A stretch of DNA of 32,451 nt from Octopus bimaculoides (GCF_001194135.2 NC_068990.1:4981213-5013663); one strand, 5' to 3'. Positions 1-10,227 are shown, counted from the first letter of the stretch. Notes: generated by a model from the letters alone, not told the origin. Program-made: numbers and translations.

Positions 1-151
1 AGGTATTTAAACGTTCTAACAAAATGCGGGCGAGCACCTTTCCAACCACAGACAAAAGGGAAATCCCACGAAAATTACCACACAGATCCTTTGGTCCCGA
101 TTTATATAAGGAGACAAGAATGGCATCAATCCAGTCTTGAGGCACTTTCTC
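1..151 (-). mobile_element. RTE-clade LINE, fragment of the ORF just upstream of the RT core (5'-truncated, runs off the window's left edge)
   Basis: Minus frame from 151 is open for 50 codons: EKVPQDWIDAILVSLYKSGPKDLCGNFRGISLLSVVGKVLARILLERLNT. This matches the P.DW..A....LYK.KG....CGNYRGISLLS..GKV motif of RTE/BovB LINEs. Not in the ORF track because there is no start codon. Confidence 0.8.
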
Positions 152-152
152 A

Positions 153-292
153 CTTCTTTCAGTTTCCATCTACCAAATCCACTCACAAGGCTTTGGTCAG
201 CCCAAGGCTATAGTAGAAGACACTTGCCATGCAGTGGGACTGAACCCAGAACCATGTGGTTGATAAGCAAGCTACTTACCACACAGCCATTC
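153..292 (-). mobile_element. tRNA-derived CORE-type SINE (family A), 5' half
   Basis: Reverse complement gives a tRNA-like head (TGGCTGTGTGGTAAG ... GGTTCAGTCCC), then GGCAAGTGTCTTCTACTATAGCCTTGGG and GAGTGGATTTGGTAGATGGAAACTGAAAGAAG. The same blocks occur in the copies at 2648, 7795, 25516 and 28372. Confidence 0.75.
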
Positions 293-320
293 CTCTAAAA
301 TATTTTTTAATATCTAACTA

Positions 321-1578
321 CTGTAAAAACCCATGTAATTTCTGCACTTTTTTGGCAAAAATAAAAATAACCTTTAGTGGGTGCATAAATTACATGAATA
401 GATCGTTTCCAGAATTTTTTTTTGTTGATAAAGGATGTACAAAACGTAAACATTTGTACCGGAAGTTGACTCCTTTAATGTCAGAATAGGTTTTTACAGA
501 AAAAATAATGGCTTAAATACAATGAAGTTGACTTTTATTTATGCTGGACGGTACATAGCTTACATTTTCAGCATAAATTTACTAAAACTGTTAAATGGTT
601 AGCTACTTTTTGAAGACTGATGTTCATGCTGGTAAACACGGTCTGGGCCATATTTTACATTGCTTGCAGTTTCTACCTATCCCAAGCACGAATGTCATAC
701 ATAGTGATATGGATATTCCTGACTGTTAAACATGTAATGATATAGATAATTTTGATTGTATGTTTTTATTTTTGTTTATTTAATACTAGAGCACAGTTTT
801 AAGCTTGTTGTACTGTTTACGCCAATTTCGAACACTGGCTTCATTAACATTAAAATACCTTCCAGTAGCTCTATTGTCACATTTAAATGCATATTCAACA
901 TAACTAATTTCTCCTTCGCAGTAAACGATTCATAAGTTCTGCCCATACTGACAAACGGTAATGACAAACTTTAAAGTTTGCTTGACATTTTATAAGTGTG
1001 AAAGGGATTAAAATGTCAATACTCCGTATTAAAGGTTCCCACAAGAACAGGCAGAGAAGAATTCTGTTTACATAATGAGTTTGATTCTTCTGTCGGCTGA
1101 GTAAAGTGTCATCCAAGTTGATGCTTATTGGTAATTAAACTTGATTTGCAACACCTGTACATATTTGTCAGCTTTGTTTTTGTGAGTAATTCTTATCAAC
1201 AATTTTTCCTGTGATTGTGATTAGAGAAGACATACAGCAGTATACTAAAGATAGAACATAACCTCTTGTAGGCAAGAAATGAAAAATAAAGTTTATTATA
1301 AACAACACAAACATTTTGTAATTTAATAGCTTTCAATGTAATACCTGTTAAACAGAAATTATTTTTATTTAATGAAAATTTAATAAAATCTAATCATAAG
1401 TAAGTGAAATTATGCTAAATACAACTAAATTGAAAACCTTTTTCCCCTGGCTATATTGGCATTTCTAAAAACTTTTGGGTGCAAATTTTACAGGAGTAGA
1501 AGCTTTTTTTAACAAATTTTATCATGAAAATCACTTGTATAAATTACACAGGTGCACAAATTACATGGGTTTTAATGG
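321..1578 (-). mobile_element. Non-autonomous pogo-like (Tc1/mariner) DNA transposon with TIRs and TA target duplication
   Basis: Left end TA|CTGTAAAAACCCATGTAATTTCTGCAC (321-347) and right end GTGCACAAATTACATGGGTTTTAATGG|TA (1552-1578) are inverted repeats with 23/27 identity. Subterminal GGTGCA(T/-)AAATT(T)ACA repeats lie near 370, 1478 and 1537. It encloses a Brinker-type DNA-binding remnant. Confidence 0.75.
786..946 (-). pseudogene. Pogo-family transposase N-terminus (Brinker-like HTH), frameshifted and truncated
   Basis: MGRTYESFTAKEKL, then a 1-nt frameshift, then VEYAFKCDNRATGRYFNVNEASVRNWRKQYNKLKTVL*. Matches the SY(T)A.FKL.V.EYA....NRA..R.F.V.E..VR.WRKQ motif of POGK-like transposases. 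No DDE domain follows. Confidence 0.7.
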
Positions 1579-2647
1579 TAAATACTTTTCAATCACTGCT
1601 AACTTAGAATTGTTATTTCTTTTTAATGTATTGTCATGTTTATTTTAAGTTATATTAACAAAAATAGATATGTAGAAAAAAAATTTAATTCTTAAAATGG
1701 AAATTATGATGTTTTAATTTTTCTTTGAATTGTTCTAACTATAATAGTAATACTAGCAGATGTTTTCAAATGGTTTTCCTTTAATGTTTTAAATACTCCT
1801 ATTGTAAACATTTAGGCCTATATTTCTCATTTGATAACCTATTTTCATTTCATAAGAAATATATAAAATCAAGGAAAGAAGTAAGGCAAAAATAGTAGGA
1901 ACATTAAACTAATGTTTTCTATTACACAGCAAGTATTTTGCTCAAAAATTATTGTTCACTCTCTTTTGTGAAATACAAGGTGGTTTAGATAGAATGAATG
2001 CTCTTATGAGATAAACACGTCCAGATATTTTTAATGCCCACAGTATTTTGGTCACTATAACTTCTACAAAGGAATTCCATAGAAAACTTGCCCATTATAA
2101 TTACAATTTACACCAAACAATCTTCTCAACACACTTAAAGCCTCGGCACTCTAATATCTAAAACCAATTAATAATATAAAAATTATAACTGTATTCCAGA
2201 TCCAATCTCTCCAAAACATTAATATGCAAAATAGAAACTACATCTCTTGGTACATTCTGTCTATCTTGCCTTCATGCAGATGTGCATTAACGTCTTGAAA
2301 TGATGTTCTGTTCTCTGAGTTTAAGAATAAAGAAAATAGTTTTGATTATCCCCATGCCTTCATTTCTAGAGATTCTACCTCAAGATATTGACTTGTTGTT
2401 TCTATGCATCTGCAACACCAGCAAAACTACATGCCTGACATATATCTACGAGCAAAATAAATGCACTTTAAATCATTTGCTAATCAGTAACCCACTGTGC
2501 AATACAAACAAATATGCCCTAAACCCTAAAGAAATAATATTTCATTACATAAATTAGCAAAACATTTATAACAAAGAAGTGCAGGTTAGTGAATAAGATC
2601 ATAACTGCTTTCTTAAAATAAATGAGATATGAATAAGTGAAAAGAAT

Positions 2648-2858
2648 TCTTTTCTTTTATGTGTTTCAGCCATTAGATTGTGGCCATGTGAGAGCACCAC
2701 CCTGAAGAACTTTTAGCCGAATGAATTGACTCCAGAAATTTTTGTCCTTTTTTTTATGCCTGGTACTTATTCTATTGGTCTCTTTTGCTGAACTGCTAAG
2801 TTACAGGGATGTAAACACACCGAGACCAATTGTCAAATGGCAATGGGGTACAAACACA

Positions 2859-2922
<64 letters not shown>

Positions 2923-3072
2923 ACAGACTTCTTTCAGTTTCTGTCAACCAAATCTACTCACAAGGCTTTGGTCAGTCTGAGGTTATTGTAAAAGACACTT
3001 GTTCAAGGCGTCACAATAATGGGACTGAATCATGTGGTTGGGAAGAAAAGTTCTGACCACACAGCCACACCT
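2648..3072 (-). mobile_element. CORE-type SINE (family A), near full length, with internal (CA)n
   Basis: Head, CORE-like block, internal microsatellite and 3' block (GGTGCTCTCACATGGCCACAATCTAATGGCTGAAAC on the minus strand) are collinear with the copy at 28372-28793. Confidence 0.75.
2861..2920. repeat. (CA)n microsatellite inside the SINE
   Basis: Pure CA run read directly. Confidence 0.95.
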
Positions 3073-3329
3073 GTGCATATAATCATTGTTTTAATCAGAA
3101 CATATACATCCTAATATTTTATAGAAATAAGAGTTGTGAATGGTAACTCTGAAGAATACAGCATAAAATGCCCAGCCATATTTAGCTATGTTCTTTTCTG
3201 TTCTGAGAAGACAGGGAGAACAAGAACTGGTTTATTGCTTACAAGAAGATTCATGGCTACCTCATCTTATACACTGGTGTTTGGCAGTAGCAAGTATGGT
3301 GCCTGATAAGAGAGAAATATAGTGGTGAT

Positions 3330-3497
3330 CAGTGCTGTCTTAAAGCATGGGCACACTCGCCAGTTGCCTGGGGCCCTCATGGGTGTAGGGGCTCAATTAT
3401 AATTTATGTGTGCTGTGGCTTGTAGTGAATAAATAAACACTACAAGGTCCTGTGTAATGATCTGCCCATAGCCTACAATGCTGCTAAGACAGCCCTG
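3330..3497 (+). mobile_element. hAT-type MITE (168 bp)
   Basis: Termini CAGTGCTGTCTTA and TAAGACAGCCCTG are inverted repeats (12/13). The 8-bp flanks GTGGTGAT and GTAGTACT match at 5/8, a possible decayed TSD. A second copy lies inverted at 22929-23085. Confidence 0.6.
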
Positions 3498-4924
3498 GTA
3501 GTACTAGAAGGTAAGAGGGTGCAAGTGTGTGGAGTAGGGTGAGAGATGGTCAATGATATGAGTGAGAGAACTGCAAGTGTGCGGAGTAGAGTGAGAGAAC
3601 CAGATGTCTGGGTGGAGATGGGGGTGAGTCGGCAGGAAGACTGGGTGAGGAGCCTAGTTATGTGCATACATTTTATGCTTTGGGAAGTTAGCATAACTGG
3701 GAAGGTATTCTTGAATATTGCAAACCATTACTCATCTTCCTCAGACTTTTTTTTCCCAATTATTCATTATAAATAAATACAGATATCTTTATTCTTACAT
3801 ACAGAAACCAAAAAAAAAAATTGTTTGAAAATGCTTTTAAGTAGAATGAACTGACTCAAAATGAATATATTCAGCATACACATAGACACACATAAGTATA
3901 CAAGAAACCCACAAGGGAGTCTCTACATGCTTGATCCAACAGCTAGAATGAGCATCTAAATCTCCTTCGATCACTCCACTGTACAATCTTTCAAAAAAGT
4001 AGAGCACATTGAATAATGTCGGCTAGGGAATGCTGATTCTGAAATTAAGGCAGGGTGGTCAAGGATTCTTTGCTTTCATTCAAAGCTGTGCTCAATAACA
4101 ACTGACTTTGGACTTCATACATCACCTCATAGTATACAAAAATATCCAAGCACACACATGTATGCATCTGTATGTAAACATGAGCCTACACATTTATCAA
4201 CTGCCTCAGTGGTTTTTAACCTGCAGACACATTTTCAAGCAACAATATGTTATTTTCAATATCATTCCTGGTAAGTCAATTAACTACTTAATTTCAATGG
4301 CCTTCATTGAAGACACTCTAAACATTAGGTTCAAAATGAAATAAAATAAACAGTAGTGTTCATGTAAAAGTAACTTTTGACAATTAAGTATCTTTTAATC
4401 GTCATTTTGCTTTTTTTCATGTGATTGTTATCTTCTTCAAAGAATGATGGACTTGAGTTAAATATATTTTTTTTTTTGTCAGAAGTCAAATGCTAAAACA
4501 TAGAAACATAATGAAGATCAAAGGGTGTCTACAATATAGTTAACATAGGTTAGTGAGCTGAAAGAAAAACATCAATTTTATGTATTCATAAATGGACACA
4601 ACAACCTGTCTATTTTAAAGCATATAAAGAGGTTTATAAATTGTATTTAGGAGCAAACTTGCAGTTCTAAAAGTTTTTAACTCACCAGTAGTCTCAGCAG
4701 TAAATAAGTAATTTTTAGCTCCATTTGGAAGATCAATCTCGCTATTCATTTCTACCAGCAGTATTTCCTGTAATATATAGATACATAACAAAGAAATATT
4801 AATGCATAAAAAAAAGAACACACTCATAACTGGATGCATGCACACAGATAGACAAACATGATATATACATAGGCAAACATACACACATACACATACATAT
4901 AACTAGTCAGATAGACATGTGTTT

Positions 4925-5095
4925 GCTTACTTTTATAATGCTCCTGGTTTCAGACTGCAGCCATGCTGAAGCACCACTGTTAAGTCAATTAAGTCAATAT
5001 CCTCACTTATTTATTAACCTTGGTACTTAATTTAATAATTTCTAATTTTTGAATGGCTAATGTTACAAGACAAAAACACAGACACTCTCATATAC
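4925..5095 (-). mobile_element. Degraded 3' half of family A SINE
   Basis: GTTTCAGACTGCAGCCATGCTGAAGCACCAC resembles the family A 3' block; the rest is heavily diverged. Confidence 0.4.
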
Positions 5096-5109
5096 ATATA
5101 TATATATTA

Positions 5110-5290
5110 AAACAAAAAGTAAAATTTCGGTCATAGAGTTACCAAAGGTTTATTCCACAAAAGCCACAGCCTTATGGACAGTTCGTCAGTCTCTGTACAA
5201 AGACAAAAAAAATTAAGCTTTCTACCATGTGGACGTGAGGAAATGCTCAGATATCGAAATTTAATGGCTAAAGTATAAAAACGTTAATGA
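5110..5290 (+). mobile_element. Possible Penelope-like (GIY-YIG) 3' relic
   Basis: One frame reads KPQPYGQFVSLCTKTKKLSFLPCGREEMLRYRNLMAKV, loosely like the PY....C.LC..EK..IL....LN.R.E..AKC tail of Penelope-like endonucleases. Similarity is weak. Confidence 0.25.
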
Positions 5291-5531
5291 GGACGAGTTA
5301 TCTCCCCTTGACCAGAGGATAAAAAAACCCTTACCTACCCGAAATAGCCTAACCAGCAAACGGGAGATCCAATTTTCCAGTAGGTATCATCTAAAATGAA
5401 CACATCTAGAGAAAACTATTTACAACTATTCAACACACCAGATTTAGCATAGTCCTTAAGAATTTTGGTTCTCTCCATGATGCAGATTTTGCAATAGCCA
5501 ATCCCATTACTATATGGGCCTGAATGATCTA

Positions 5532-6320
5532 TTACTTTCCACCTGATATCACATATCCCTTGATCTGTGAGGTGCCACACATGGCTAGCCAGGGACGTGA
5601 CAACACATCTTTCTGGGTCTCTGAAGGATTACTGGTGGTTGTGGAAGCATCATTTGAAAGATGTACTAGCCAATCCAATATATCTACTAACTCGGGATGT
5701 GGCTATATTTGCACACCTGGTATAATCTCTGGTAGACTCCAGTACTGGGGATGCTGTTGGTAACACTGTTGCTAACATTGTCAATATGGTGCAATGATCT
5801 GGTGGTGGTATTGACGTGGTTATCGCTTCTGGTCATATGGCTGGTGTTAGTGTGGGTACAGCTGGTAGTAACATATGGTGTGGTGCCGGTCATCCCATTG
5901 CTGTCAGTAATAATTGTTTAGTCATTGTCTGTGGTGGTGGTACTGGGGATGCCAGGTACCTCTGTTTTGCTGTTCTTGGATTGGTCATCATCTCTAGGTG
6001 GGGTGATTGTACTACTGGTAACATATGGTGCAGGCCTAGTCACTATCGGTGTTGATGATAATGGTTTGTTTATCATCTGTGGCGGTGGTACTGGGGTCAT
6101 TGGTTACCTCCTCTGTGTCGCTAGCCCCAGGCTGGTCATCATCTCTGGCTATGGAGAATGTACTGGTGTGAGACTTGATTAATCTACTGTTATTGCTCTT
6201 GGATGGTACATTGCCAGTAATGCAGATAACAGGTCTAGGTGTCACTGAAGCTTCATAGATGATTCTTTCAGACTTGCATTGACCTCCTACATCCTTATCT
6301 CCATTTTCAACTGGATATAA
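5532..6320 (-). other. GC-richer, coding-like low-complexity block with a 151-bp internal duplication; probably a decayed retroelement tail, possibly a terminal exon
   Basis: Repeat anchors GGTCATCATCTCT start at 5983 and 6134. One minus frame reads ...QQHPQYWSLPEIIPGVQI*PHPELVDILDWLVHLSNDASTTTSNPSETQKDVLSRPWLAMCGTSQIKGYVISGGK*. Another reads LYPVENGDKDVGGQCKSERIIYEASVTPRPV...NTDSD*. Confidence 0.4.
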
Positions 6321-6664
6321 ACTGTATTCTATATATATATATACACATTGCCTTAAGGTAATCCCATTCCCTAATGATACTAGGTTTTGAACCAGTATTT
6401 CCTTGCATGCAACATCCTTTCAAAAGGTGAACATATCCTCTAATTAAATACATANNNNNNNNNNNNNNNNNNNNNNNNNNNNNNNNNNNNNNNNNNNNNN
6501 NNNNNNNNNNNNNNNNNNNNNNNNNNNNNNNNNNNNNNNNNNNNNNNNNNNNNCATCAGCTGCCCCATGGATATCATTATGGTTTCGACACCTGGCCAGT
6601 ACCATTCAATCCAGCTCTAAAATAATTGTTGTTTGGGAACATATATAAATATATATATATGTAC

Positions 6665-6671
<7 letters not shown>

Positions 6672-6729
<58 letters not shown>
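6672..6729. repeat. (TG)n microsatellite
   Basis: Pure TG run read directly. Confidence 0.95.
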
Positions 6730-6730
<1 letters not shown>

Positions 6731-6875
6731 CAGCATGGAAAGCAGATGTTAAATGACAATGATGTTGATGATATATAAAAACACTTGAACGCAAAGTATA
6801 CAGTGTAGAGTAGAAGGAAAGTAAATAGAGTACTAAATACTGAAGGTAGATTATCAAAATATATTTAAGCTGAAA

Positions 6876-6930
6876 TTTTAAATTTCATATTTTAAATTTC
6901 ATATTTTAAATTTCATATTCTAAATTTCAT
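6876..6930. repeat. 14-bp tandem repeat TTTTAAATTTCATA x4
   Basis: Three perfect units and one variant unit (TTCTAAATTTCAT). Confidence 0.9.
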
Positions 6931-7794
6931 GTCTCTAATCGTTGAGCAGAATCTGATCAACAAAAATAGAAATCATTAAAAAGAACATAGTGATAATGAA
7001 AATGAAAAATGGAGCATTTGATTGGTTACATATGTAAACTAATTCAAATTGATAAAAATATTTGATTGTTTCAGAATCAAGAAAGGAAGGATACAAGTGT
7101 GTGTTTCAATTAAATGAATAAAAGCAATATGAATAAAATAACTGTGCAAAGCAAGGTAACTAGGAACATTCACAGAATGTCATTTATGCTCAATTACAGC
7201 AATGTCAAAGAAAGAAAGAAAGAAAGAATGAGAAAGATTCAAAACACCTTATTTAAAAAAGAAAGGTTGATTCTAGAACATTTTTGAAATTGAATTTCAT
7301 ACACAAAACCATTGAAGTTCACATAAAGAACCCTTTAATATGTCACAAAAATATAATTAAACAGGAAACAAATAGCTAAAGAGAAAAAGATGAAATAGGA
7401 AACAGTAAGAAACATACACTGTATATTTCTATGGCATGTTTGACTTAGGAAAAATACATAATAACATTTATGATTTAATTACAATGGAGTCAAGATACTG
7501 TTGTATGACATCCAGAAGCTTTCCTTCTAATCTAATAATAAAATACTTTATGGCAAACAAAGGTAACAACACAGCATCATTCTTACATTGTCAAATTCCC
7601 CTCACAAGTTAGTGTCAGTACATAACTAAAGAAACTTGCCTACGATGCCTATGGGACGAGGTAATCCAGCTATACTTGACTGCAAAACGAATTCTTCATA
7701 GTATAAATATGCAGCTATATGTGTATGTCTGTATAAATATATATGCATATATATATATACATACGTTTGCATATAAGTATAAATTGATATATAC

Positions 7795-7968
7795 AGGTGT
7801 GGCCGTGTGGTAAGAAGCTTGCTTCCCAACCACATGGTTCCGGGTTCAGTTCCACAGGATAGCACCTTGGGCAAGTGCCTTCTACTATAGCCTTGGACCG
7901 ACCAAAACCTTGAGAGTGGATTTGGTAGATGGAAACCGAAAGAATCTCGTTGTATACACACACACATG

Positions 7969-7992
<24 letters not shown>
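7795..7992 (+). mobile_element. CORE-type SINE (family A), 5' half ending in (CA)n
   Basis: GGTGTGGCCGTGTGGTAAGAAGCTTGC...GGGTTCAGTTCC (A/B-box-like), CACCTTGGGCAAGTGCCTTCTACTATAGCC (CORE-like), GTGGATTTGGTAGATGGAAAC. Confidence 0.8.
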
Positions 7993-8000
<8 letters not shown>

Positions 8001-8006
8001 GGTATA

Positions 8007-8364
8007 CTAACAGCTAAACCCGGTTTCACCCGGATTGTTTGGATGATGTGGCTGTGATCGTTTTCGGTTAGGCATAATCTATAACAGCGTTTCTCAATCT
8101 TATCATTTCGGGTCCCCTGTTTCGATTGGAGCCTCTAGCTGTATGAAGATTTCATCATCCCACTGTCAGAAAATGGCTTCAGGAGTTGTGAAGAAAGAAT
8201 TTGTACATAGTCTGTTTCTGAGAGCTATTCTATTGGACATCTGTATAATCATTAAAACATTTATTTAATTATGAACATAGAAAGAAATTATATACATTAA
8301 TCCCAATTTTTGTAAGCAGTTGTATCCGTAAAACTTTTATTTGCAGTGAGCAGAAATTGAAAGG
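8007..8364 (-). mobile_element. Probable non-autonomous Helitron, 3' end; extent hidden by the gap
   Basis: Minus strand ends CCGGGTGAAACCGGGTTTAGCTGTTAG|T: a CCGG-GTGAAA-CCGG hairpin a short distance before a TTAG|T terminus. The terminus has the same form as the helicase-bearing Helitron at 30962. Confidence 0.5.
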
Positions 8365-9047
8365 NNNNNNNNNNNNNNNNNNNNNNNNNNNNNNNNNNNN
8401 NNNNNNNNNNNNNNNNNNNNNNNNNNNNNNNNNNNNNNNNNNNNNNNNNNNNNNNNNNNNNNNNNNNNNNNNNNNNNNNNNNNNNNNNNNNNNNNNNNNN
8501 NNNNNNNNNNNNNNNNNNNNNNNNNNNNNNNNNNNNNNNNNNNNNNNNNNNNNNNNNNNNNNNNNNNNNNNNNNNNNNNNNNNNNNNNNNNNNNNNNNNN
8601 NNNNNNNNNNNNNNNNNNNNNNNNNNNNNNNNNNNNNNNNNNNNNNNNNNNNNNNNNNNNNNNNNNNNNNNNNNNNNNNNNNNNNNNNNNNNNNNNNNNN
8701 NNNNNNNNNNNNNNNNNNNNNNNNNNNNNNNNNNNNNNNNNNNNNNNNNNNNNNNNNNNNNNNNNNNNNNNNNNNNNNNNNNNNNNNNNNNNNNNNNNNN
8801 NNNNNNNNNNNNNNNNNNNNNNNNNNNNNNNNNNNNNNNNNNNNNNNNNNNNNNNNNNNNNNNNNNNNNNNNNNNNNNNNNNNNNNNNNNNNNNNNNNNN
8901 NNNNNNNNNNNNNNNNNNNNNNNNNNNNNNNNNNNNNNNNNNNNNNNNNNNNNNNNNNNNNNNNNNNNNNNNNNNNNNNNNNNNNNNNNNNNNNNNNNNN
9001 NNNNNNNNNNNNNNNNNNNNNNNNNNNNNNNNNNNNNNNNNNNNNNN
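8365..9047. other. Assembly gap (largest). Others: 6455-6553, 10747-10756, 25320-25375, 27665-27746, 31287-31542
   Basis: Runs of N; lengths are scaffold estimates, so reading frames cannot be carried across them. Confidence 0.99.
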
Positions 9048-9050
9048 CAT

Positions 9051-9192
9051 ATCCTCGGAAGTAGCTCGTCTTCGGAATTTTCCAGGAATTCCTCGAAAAT
9101 TTCCAGGAAGTACAATCCTTTGAACTCTCAAGAAGTCCTATCCTCGCAACTTTCCTGGAAGTAGCTTACGCTCGGAACATTCTAGGAAGTGG
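9051..9192. repeat. Degenerate ~20-28-bp minisatellite, consensus near TCGGAACTTTCCAGGAAGTAG
   Basis: About five diverged units. TTCnnnGAA occurs at 9080, 9089, 9101, 9152 and 9180; GAAnnTTC at 9075 and 9175. Confidence 0.75.
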
Positions 9193-9204
9193 CACATATA
9201 TGTG

Positions 9205-9267
<63 letters not shown>
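9205..9267. repeat. Compound (TC)n(TA)n microsatellite
   Basis: Read directly. Confidence 0.95.
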
Positions 9268-9270
<3 letters not shown>

Positions 9271-9384
9271 CACTCACATATATATATATATTTGTGACAT
9301 CTATAGTTTTTAGTTTGCAAATGATTAGTTATCAAAGTATAATGGATTCAATTTTCTTTTTAAATGTGGTATTATAATCTCATA

Positions 9385-10227
9385 AAACCATCTCCAGATG
9401 GGGAAAAAAAGTTACAGATATACATAGAAAAACGACCTAGAATATTTCTAATGTTATTAGCTTTTATTGCAAGACCCTATAGCATTCACCTTTGTTAATG
9501 CTGCCAGAAGATGTCATGTAATCAATACCTTAAAAAGTAAATATGTTAAAAAGGATAAGAGCAGATTCAAAATCAGAAAATATAAACAGCATAAGAATCA
9601 ATCAATAGATGCATTAATGACTGAATTCAGAGCCTTTGGGGAAGAACTACTTGGTAAATATCTTTACTGCTGAACAACAAGACAACTGCTAATATGTGAT
9701 GCTTTTGCGGCTGGCATCAGCTCTCTTGTGGCTGACTGAATCAGCTGATAATTATTTCAATCATTTATATAAAACTGCTTTCTGTGGAATTAGCAATTAA
9801 AGATTTGAAGAATTTCCAAAGGGATGTTTCAATAAAAATGGCAACTACAAGTATGTTGTTAAAGTCTGCAATGCTACTTTTGTAGTAGAACTATATAAAC
9901 AGTTAGATAGATATACTAAAGCAATGTCAGTAAGATGCTGTGAAAGAAGGCTTAAGCACTTTTTTTACATCATGTAAAATGGAGAAGGGAACATCAATGA
10001 AAAATGAAGTCATTGGGTCTGAAGAACATAATGAAGGTATAATTCCTAAATTATTTAAATCAGGAAACATTACAGTATTCATAGATAACCATACTGTTAA
10101 CAGAAAGTTGAACAGAGGATCCATGAAAACTGTTTCTAAAAAGTTGCTTGAGAAATGGAGGTTGAATTATAAAGAAATTCGTGGTTTTGACAAATTAGTA
10201 GCCCCAAATGACACAACCAGTACTTGA
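9385..10227 (+). pseudogene. Gag / zinc knuckle / protease remnant of the LTR retrotransposon
   Basis: Stitched frames: VINTLKSKYVKKDKS..KQHKNQSIDALMTEF (gag); KQLDRYTKAMSVRCCERRLKHFF/TSCK (eroded CCHC preceded by an NPLD.YG-like stretch); GNITVF...LNRGSMKTV..EKWRLNY (eroded D-[ST]-G/A protease region resembling NITLF..IDT.C.RTV.GEKW..NY). Confidence 0.5.

Noticed and set aside
3520-3601. 27-bp direct repeat TGCAAGTGTG(T/C)GGAGTAG(G/A)GTGAGAGA with 52-bp period; considered as CRISPR-like
   Set aside because: Only two copies, eukaryotic context, no cas genes; an ordinary local duplication.
3914-3970. Weak inverted similarity to 30196-30252, possibly a fourth SINE family
   Set aside because: Only about 60% identity by eye over under 60 bp; not enough to call.
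5524-6182. Plus-strand Gly/Val/Cys-rich ORFs resembling membrane or keratin-associated peptides
   Set aside because: Antisense shadows of the minus-strand low-complexity block; no splice or start context supports them.
8297-9131. Long ORFs of 235-272 aa
   Set aside because: Almost entirely N-gap translated as X.
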